NCBI GenBank assembly: GCA_035500675.1
Contig: DATJXA010000183.1
Coordinates: 5,949-69,948 of the forward strand
Direction of reading: 5' to 3'
From: Bacteroidota bacterium
GTDB lineage: Bacteria > Bacteroidota > Ignavibacteria > UBA10030 > UBA8401
Length of the DNA stretch: 64,000 bases
Shown here piece by piece: positions 58,350 through 64,000 of the stretch; position 1 is the stretch's first letter; each line of letters opens with the position of its first letter. The position numbers were made by a program, and so were the translations under genes. The notes below the pieces were generated by a model. The model did no database searches. It saw only the letters and a program-made list of their open reading frames with translations, and was not told the DNA's origin.

Positions 58350-58416
58350 GATTCCGAGAGGTCCCGCTTGTTTTGCCTTTCATCTATTCTTATATTTCAG
58401 TTAAGAATAATTAACG

Positions 58417-58480
58417 GTGGGTGTAGCTCAGCCTGGCTAGAGCGTCCCGCTCTTGAGCGGGAAAGTCGAGTTCGAAAGAG
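58417..58480 (+). pseudogene. Truncated tRNA-like sequence (5' part duplicated from tRNA-Pro, no T-stem or 3' acceptor)
   Basis: 58419-58444 is identical (26 nt) to 58500-58525 of tRNA-Pro (acceptor 3 nt + D arm). The anticodon arm is replaced by tcccgc-tcttga-gcggga (6-nt loop, or 8-nt with a 5-bp stem). aagtcg and ttcgaa are retained, but no complementary T-stem or acceptor 3' strand follows. Confidence 0.55.
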
Positions 58481-58497
58481 AAAAAAATAATTCATTC

Positions 58498-58572
58498 CGG
58501 GGTGTAGCTCAGCCTGGCTAGAGCGCTTGCTTTGGGAGCAAGAAGTCGTAGGTTCGAATCCTATCACCCCGA
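58498..58572 (+). tRNA. tRNA-Pro (anticodon UGG)
   Basis: 75-nt cloverleaf. Acceptor CGGGGTG/CACCCCG, D arm GCTC/GAGC, anticodon stem CTTGC/GCAAG with loop TTTGGGA, T arm GTAGG-TTCGAAT-CCTAT, discriminator A. Confidence 0.93.
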
Positions 58573-59096
58573 CAAGAACAAATTCCTCTCTTTGTGTCCG
58601 ACCGACCATCTGCATGATATGAAATCACCTTTACTCCAACGCTCGACCTGAGGTAGACAAACGTCGTTTGCGTCGCCCCGTTCAACGGCAGCAAAAGAAT
58701 AAGAGTGAGCGTGCTATAATTATTTGAAAAGCTGTACGTCCCAGTTGCAACGTATGCCGAATCGATGGTGCGGGATTTGTACCTTCCTTGGATTGATATC
58801 GCTCCGCTCCGTGCCGATTCGACGTTGAGGATCAGCGCTCCGTTCACCGTATCGATGACGGCGTAACGAAGAAACCCCGCCGAGTCGACGTCCAGACTAT
58901 TCATCGTTCCGTCGGAAAGGATCTCGAATCCTACCGTATCGCTTTGATTGTACCACACACCAACAAGGTGTGGATCGATCGCAGGGTTGTCGACGGGATT
59001 GTCCTTCTTCTTGCAATTCCACTGCGTCAGGCAGGTGACGGCAACGATGAGAACGATCGCAAGGCGCAGCGAGGGCAGATTGCGGGAACGGGTCAT
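58518..59096 (-). CDS. Hypothetical secreted/lipoprotein whose last ~18 codons run antisense through tRNA-Pro
   Basis: 192 aa. N-terminal signal/lipobox-like region (LAIVLIVAVTCLTQWNC). ATGA-type 4-nt overlap with the upstream T9SS gene. The C-terminal ..CSCRGDRIRTYDFLLPKQAL is encoded by the tRNA-Pro complement. Confidence 0.5.
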   Translation of the reverse strand: MTRSRNLPSLRLAIVLIVAVTCLTQWNCKKKDNPVDNPAIDPHLVGVWYNQSDTVGFEILSDGTMNSLDVDSAGFLRYAVIDTVNGALILNVESARSGAISIQGRYKSRTIDSAYVATGTYSFSNNYSTLTLILLLPLNGATQTTFVYLRSSVGVKVISYHADGRSDTKRGICSCRGDRIRTYDFLLPKQAL

Positions 59097-60199
59097 TTTA
59101 ACAAGATCATTTTTTTTGTTTGAGATTCCATCCCCGCAGTAAGGCGATAAAAATATATTCCGCTCGGAAGCGCGGGCTCGCCGAACGGATACGTATACGT
59201 CCCCGGAGATAATTCCTTGTTCACAAGTTCCGCAACTTGCCTGCCGAGCACATCGAACACTCTCAACTGGACAAATTGAAAATTGACAATCGTAAAGCGT
59301 AAATTTGTGGTCGGGTTAAAGGGGTTCGGAAAATTCTGTTCGAGCGCGAACGTGCGAACGATGTTTGGCTGCTGCCGGACCGAGGTGATCGCGGCGCTTT
59401 GTAACACCCGCTCAAAACCCGGCAGCTGCGTCGTCGCGACGTTATAGGACGGGTCGTTGTTGAGAGGATAATACGTCGAAGGTTGGACCTCACGAACGAG
59501 CCATTTGCCGTTTGCGATAAACAACGAATCTACAAGCGTAAAGAGCGGAACCTCAAAATGCCCGATAGGAGGTTGGCTCTTGGGGATATTGACGTGCAAA
59601 ACAATCGAAAACGGCGTGGCCGTGAACGAACCAGCCGGCACGGTAATAGTTGTATCGTTTCCCTTCGTCGAAGTGACATAAATTACCAGGCTCAACGGAT
59701 GGCCCTGAAACATCACAGTCTGGTTCTTTATATAGAGGACCGAATCCGCCATTCCCGGCGCAGAGCTCAGGTCCATATATGGATACCAAGCCAAATAATC
59801 CCAGACAAAACTTAAGCCGAGAGAATCGACCTGGAGCAACGAAGTTATGCGCGGATAACCAGTGGCATATTCGAAGATGGTCGAACCCTGAACGTGAACG
59901 ATTGTGCTTTCGGCGCTGGCGCTATTGCGGAGAATGGATGCGGGTTGACCTCCGACGGAGGCGGATGCGATAAGACTGTCGGTTTCCGTCGAGGCGAGAC
60001 CCGATTGTCGGACTTGAAGCGAATCGAGCGGGTAATGGAGATACGTCCATGCGTTCCCCCTCGACGACGGGAAAAAAAGGCCGGCATCCTGCGATAAAGA
60101 GATCGTTGAAAATGTAAACAACCATAAGGCGCCGAAGAGGAAGCGGGTCCTTACGGTTATGCCTGTGCCAATGTGGTCGATGTGCGATACTAAGTGCAT
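59093..60199 (-). CDS. T9SS C-terminal-sorting-domain protein, unknown function
   Basis: 368 aa. Hydrophobic N-terminal signal. C-terminus ..LEQNFPNPFNPTTNLRFTI..SGIYFYRLTAGMESQTKKMILLK is a Por secretion tail. Confidence 0.75.
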   Translation of the reverse strand: MHLVSHIDHIGTGITVRTRFLFGALWLFTFSTISLSQDAGLFFPSSRGNAWTYLHYPLDSLQVRQSGLASTETDSLIASASVGGQPASILRNSASAESTIVHVQGSTIFEYATGYPRITSLLQVDSLGLSFVWDYLAWYPYMDLSSAPGMADSVLYIKNQTVMFQGHPLSLVIYVTSTKGNDTTITVPAGSFTATPFSIVLHVNIPKSQPPIGHFEVPLFTLVDSLFIANGKWLVREVQPSTYYPLNNDPSYNVATTQLPGFERVLQSAAITSVRQQPNIVRTFALEQNFPNPFNPTTNLRFTIVNFQFVQLRVFDVLGRQVAELVNKELSPGTYTYPFGEPALPSGIYFYRLTAGMESQTKKMILLK

Positions 60200-60734
60200 G
60201 TGCAGTGTAATGTACGCAACGAGGCCTGGTGATTCAAGAACGAGACGGCATGGTATCGGATGCTGGAATGTCTATGCTTGTGTCCGTCGTCCCCAACTCG
60301 CCGTGTCGGTTGTACGACGCATGTGTAATGTTCTACATAAATGGTAGCGAATCCGACCGACGATCTGTGTGACTAGCGGCAATGAGCGAGTACAGCGAAT
60401 GGCCCCTTCCTTGCTTTTCTGTTCCGGTTTCATTTATTGATATCAGCACTCCGTTACTCTCCCTGTATAATGGTCGAGATGATGTCAGAGAACCGCCTGC
60501 CTCGGAAGTGGATTAGGAAAAAATTTGCGACTCAACACGGAGTGTTCAATAAGTTGATAGACATCACACAAAGAATGCAGAACCTTCTTAGATTAAATGA
60601 AACCTGATACTCTGCCGCTGCCAGCATCGGCTGTTTTGGCACTCCGTCCTCGGAGCGCACGGTCATCACGACGTTCGTCATCTCTCGGTGCAGCGTTGAA
60701 AAGGACAGATCGATTTCGTCGCCGTTTCACCAGC

Positions 60735-62321
60735 ATGAACCTGAGAATTTTTTTTGTGATGATTGTGACCCTTCTGGAAGTAGGGATGCTTTCGGCGACG
60801 CAGAAAGGAGTGCCGTCGCCGTACACGACTATTCAGAGCGCCATCACCGCCGCTTCGTCCGGCGATACAATCCTTATTGCCGCGGGAACATATAGCGAGT
60901 CGGTTTCAGTGTCAAAGTCGTTGACGTTGCTGGGCGCCGGCTCATCGACAGTCATCAAACCTTTATCAGGAAGCGGGATCACCATCAGCGCGAACAATGT
61001 AAAGGTTCAATCTCTTCGCGTGACAGGTTCAACCTCAAACGGCATTTCAACATCGGGCGCTTCCAATCTCATGTTCACGAGCGTCACTTGCGACAGCAAT
61101 AAGAACCATGGATTGTCGATCAGTGGAAATTGTTCGAACATTGTTGTGAACGGAGGGACGTTTAACGCGAATGGTACAGGAAGAGGGGACGGAACTGGAG
61201 CGGGCATAAATTTCAACGCAACCGGAGGGAAGGTAATTTCCACTGTCTCCATATCTGGCTCGATGACGGCAAATAATAACACCACCGCCGGGATCTGGGC
61301 ATATGCAGATGCAATTCATGACAGCGTTAAAGCCGTTACTATCGGTGCAACAGGTTCTGTGACTTTGACGAGCAACGGCGGGGCGGGGGTGATATTGTTT
61401 GGAAATGTAGTGAATGCGACCATCACAGCTACTTTTACAAAAGGTGCCGCGAATGCTGCTGGAGTTCTGGCTGTAAGTACGGCCTACGATACACCATACG
61501 CGCCTCTCAATACACTCATAAAGAAATCGACTTTTAATACGGGATATACTTCCTCCACTCCTGCAATCTCCTTAAGCGATTTTGGAGAGGCGGAAAATGG
61601 ATTTATCACCTTCACTTCGCCCTACAACGTATCAGCGGACAGCAATGAATTCAACACCACCGGAATCGACAGCCTTATTTGGGATTTCAACGACGACAAC
61701 ACTCTCGGCCTTGTCACACACACTCACGACAACATCCTTCCAGTCGAGCTGGTAAATTTTGACGCAGAAAGAACCGGTCATGCTGTTCTCGTTCATTGGC
61801 AGACGGCGACTGAGACGAACAATTACGGTTTTAATGTTGAGCGAAAAGAACCCAATGCGCCAGGGGCGGTCACGGGAATCTGGAAGACGCTTGGGTTTGT
61901 TTCCGGCAAGGGAACCACTTCCGTCCCTCACTCATATTCATTTACAGATATTCCTGAATCGAACGGTGTTTTTGATTATCGATTAAAACAGATTGACCGG
62001 GATGGTGCATTCATTTACAGCGATGTGATTTCGGTGACATTCCTCGCAGCCCCCGATAACTATGGCATGTCGCAAAATTTTCCCAACCCGTTCAACCCGT
62101 CGACGACGATCTCATTTACTCTCGGAAAAACGGAAAGGACGACGTTGAAAGTATATGATATGCTAGGCCGGGAAATCGCAAAAATTTTTGATGGCGTGGC
62201 GGAAGGCGGTAATCTTTACAGCATCACATTCAACGGGTCAAAATTTGCCTCCGGAATATACATTTATAGGCTCGAGTCTGAAGGAATTTCCGAAACCAAA
62301 AAAATGCTGCTTATAAAATAA
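60735..62321 (+). CDS. Right-handed parallel beta-helix repeat protein with T9SS sorting domain
   Basis: ATG 60735 gives the signal MNLRIFFVMIVTLLEVGMLSA. The track ORF from 60597 adds an Arg-rich extension. TIQSAITAASSGDTILIAAGTYSESV.. is a pectate-lyase-like beta-helix start. C-terminus MSQNFPNPFNPSTTISFTL..SGIYIYRL..KKMLLIK. Confidence 0.8.
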   Translation: MNLRIFFVMIVTLLEVGMLSATQKGVPSPYTTIQSAITAASSGDTILIAAGTYSESVSVSKSLTLLGAGSSTVIKPLSGSGITISANNVKVQSLRVTGSTSNGISTSGASNLMFTSVTCDSNKNHGLSISGNCSNIVVNGGTFNANGTGRGDGTGAGINFNATGGKVISTVSISGSMTANNNTTAGIWAYADAIHDSVKAVTIGATGSVTLTSNGGAGVILFGNVVNATITATFTKGAANAAGVLAVSTAYDTPYAPLNTLIKKSTFNTGYTSSTPAISLSDFGEAENGFITFTSPYNVSADSNEFNTTGIDSLIWDFNDDNTLGLVTHTHDNILPVELVNFDAERTGHAVLVHWQTATETNNYGFNVERKEPNAPGAVTGIWKTLGFVSGKGTTSVPHSYSFTDIPESNGVFDYRLKQIDRDGAFIYSDVISVTFLAAPDNYGMSQNFPNPFNPSTTISFTLGKTERTTLKVYDMLGREIAKIFDGVAEGGNLYSITFNGSKFASGIYIYRLESEGISETKKMLLIK

Positions 62322-62414
62322 CCTGACTATGAGACGAAGGAGGACGATGGGACAAGCGGCAAGAGGAAAATCACCTTAGTCTTTCACTTTCTTCAAATAT
62401 TTTTGTGAAAATGC

Positions 62415-62443
62415 TTGACTAATTCGGCTGAATGGCTTATTAT
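62415..62443 (+). promoter_or_regulatory. Near-consensus sigma70-type promoter upstream of the second beta-helix gene
   Basis: TTGACT (62415-62420), 17 nt, TATTAT (62438-62443). This would leave a leader of roughly 185 nt before ATG 62637. Pattern match only. Confidence 0.3.
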
Positions 62444-62636
62444 AAATGGAACAATTTTACCCACCAAGAACCGTGCTTATTTAATGATTTTCGCCAAAAA
62501 GCCTGCACGGGGCATGTACGCAAATGACTCCCGGCGTTGCCTGTAAACGGGCCTTCGAATATTTTTTTCTATTCGATATTTCAACCCAAGACGAATTTAT
62601 TAATCCATATACCATCATAGAGAGAGGGGTTGTAAA

Positions 62637-64000
62637 ATGAAATATCTACGACTTTCCACAATCTTGGCCGCGCTTTTTCTGATGTCGGCTGGAGCATTGT
62701 TCGGTAACACGATCAATGTGACGACAACAATTCAAGCAGCGATCAATTCCTCAAGTCCTAACGACACTGTTGCCATTCCAGCGGGCACGTTCAATGAAGC
62801 CGTCGTTGTGAACAAACAGATTACGTTGCTGGGCGTCGGACCAACCACAATTATCACTCCTCCCTCAGGGAATGGCATTACCGTTACTGCGAACAACGTT
62901 AACATTACGAGTTTAAAGGTAACGGGCGCTACGGATAACGGAATATATGCACACAATGTTTCCAACCTTAGGATCTCAAGCGTCACCGCCGACCACAACG
63001 GCAATTCTGCTGTTGGATCCGGAATCTACGTCGACGGTATCACGGGAACTTCTTCACTCAATAGTATTACCGCCACCAACAACCAAGTCCATGGAATTTC
63101 CATTGGCGATGGATCGAACGGTGTTACCGTCAACGGCGGAACATTTACCGGCAACGGGGTATCGGCAAACGCACAAACGGGCGGCGGGATCAACGTCCAT
63201 TCAGTGAGCGGCGCAATTTCTAGTATCTCGGTGATCGGGACGGTAAACTCCAGCTCGAACTACAACGCCGGTATTATTCTTTTTGCTGAACCGTCGGGTT
63301 CGATCAGCGGCGTTTCGATCGGGTCGAGCGGTACGATCACTCTTTCGACGAACGGGAGCGGATCGATCGGTGAAGGCGTAGCGATCGCAGGCAACGTATC
63401 GACGGTAAGCATTACCGCACAGTTCACTGAAGGATCGCTTACAAACGGAGCGGGCGTTGCTGTTGTCGGAACCGATAACGCCGGCGCCAATTCGCCAAGC
63501 GGTGTTACGATAAACGGCAGCACGTTCTCGGGCTATGGCCTGTCAACTCCGGCGATCACGCTGGCGTCTTCGAGCAGTTCTCCGCAATATATCTCGACCA
63601 ACCCGGTCACTGCAACGGGCAATACGATCGGCGCAGACGGCTTCCAGACGGAAGACCTCGTGTATCATAAGCTCGACAACGCATCTCTTGGTCTTGTGAC
63701 AACTAATGCAACTAATCTGTATGTCACAACGAACAGCGGATCGATCCAACGCGGCATCAATGCTGCAACGACACAGACTGTAAACGTCGGAACGGGAACT
63801 TACACAGAATCAGTCACTCTCAGCAAAGCGATCACGCTCGCCGGCGTCGACACGAGCGCAAAGATCAACGGGTCTTTGTCAATTACGAGCGACAACGCAA
63901 CAGTATCGAACCTCGTTGTCTATGGGTCGGCGGGAGACGGCATCACGTCGAGCGGAAAATCCGGATTGACCTTGACTGGAGTTGTTTCACGCGACAACAG
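62637..64000 (+). CDS. Parallel beta-helix repeat protein, paralogue of 60735-62321 (3' end outside window)
   Basis: Not in the supplied ORF track because no stop occurs before the window edge. ATG 62637 follows GAGAGGGG. Hand translation MKYLRLSTILAALFLMSAGALFGNTINVTTTIQAAINSSSPNDTVAIPAGTFNEAVVVNKQITLLG.. stays open for 454 codons and is collinear with the upstream paralogue. A second ..IQRGINAATTQTVNVGTGTYTESVTL.. module starts near 63740. Confidence 0.78.
   Translation, partial: MKYLRLSTILAALFLMSAGALFGNTINVTTTIQAAINSSSPNDTVAIPAGTFNEAVVVNKQITLLGVGPTTIITPPSGNGITVTANNVNITSLKVTGATDNGIYAHNVSNLRISSVTADHNGNSAVGSGIYVDGITGTSSLNSITATNNQVHGISIGDGSNGVTVNGGTFTGNGVSANAQTGGGINVHSVSGAISSISVIGTVNSSSNYNAGIILFAEPSGSISGVSIGSSGTITLSTNGSGSIGEGVAIAGNVSTVSITAQFTEGSLTNGAGVAVVGTDNAGANSPSGVTINGSTFSGYGLSTPAITLASSSSSPQYISTNPVTATGNTIGADGFQTEDLVYHKLDNASLGLVTTNATNLYVTTNSGSIQRGINAATTQTVNVGTGTYTESVTLSKAITLAGVDTSAKINGSLSITSDNATVSNLVVYGSAGDGITSSGKSGLTLTGVVSRDN

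Noticed and set aside
58350-58416. AT-only hairpin tattctta/taagaata after the hybrid kinase gene as a terminator
   Set aside because: It is an 8-bp all-A/T stem with no following T run, which makes it too weak to call.
60159-60347. 62-aa Cys-rich ORF (and 60593-60826 on the minus strand) in the divergent intergenic region
   Set aside because: It overlaps the start of the T9SS gene on the other strand, has no RBS, and shows odd composition without a metal-binding spacing pattern. It is treated as non-coding, although a small protein cannot be excluded.

Overview
Gene-dense 64-kb chromosomal segment with about 57 protein genes, 2 intact tRNAs and 1 truncated tRNA-like copy. It looks like an FCB-superphylum bacterium (Ignavibacteriota/Bacteroidota-like). 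This is inferred from three T9SS C-terminal sorting domains of the '..NYPNPFNPST..' type, a TamB homologue, futalosine-pathway MqnA, and an atpFHAG cluster without atpDC. No GC or similarity values were computed. The first ~11 kb is a housekeeping core: atpF'HAG, ffh, rpsP-KH-rimM-trmD-rplS, mqnA, recN, cysS. Further housekeeping genes are scattered through the window: hldA/hldC, rnr, radA, rdgB, carA. Eight regions are less ordinary. (1) 11.3-17.9 kb: two barrel-like proteins, two tailed lipoproteins (one with a CxxCH site) and a nine-haem cytochrome carrying a T9SS sorting domain, a possible novel outer-membrane electron conduit. (2) 19.7-29.7 kb: TamB plus a gluzincin/beta-propeller/Omp85 fusion protein. 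(3) 33.8-40.3 kb: a CusRS-like two-component operon ending in a secreted Lys/Met-rich MxKDx-repeat protein, divergent from a TatT-type TRAP transporter, with a 54-bp palindrome between them. (4) 47.2-53.4 kb: an apparent lhr-KirBac-NYN operon. (5) 54.9-55.1 kb: a 261-bp long inverted-repeat element between tRNA-Glu and an orphan GroES paralogue. (6) 58.4-59.1 kb: a rearranged tRNA-Pro locus. (7) 59.1-64.0 kb: a T9SS cargo island with paralogous beta-helix proteins, the last of which runs off the window and is absent from the supplied ORF track. (8) Several long AT-rich intergenic hairpins and repeats. No CRISPR array, rRNA, transposase or integrase was seen. Many very long antisense ORFs are judged to be codon-bias shadows.
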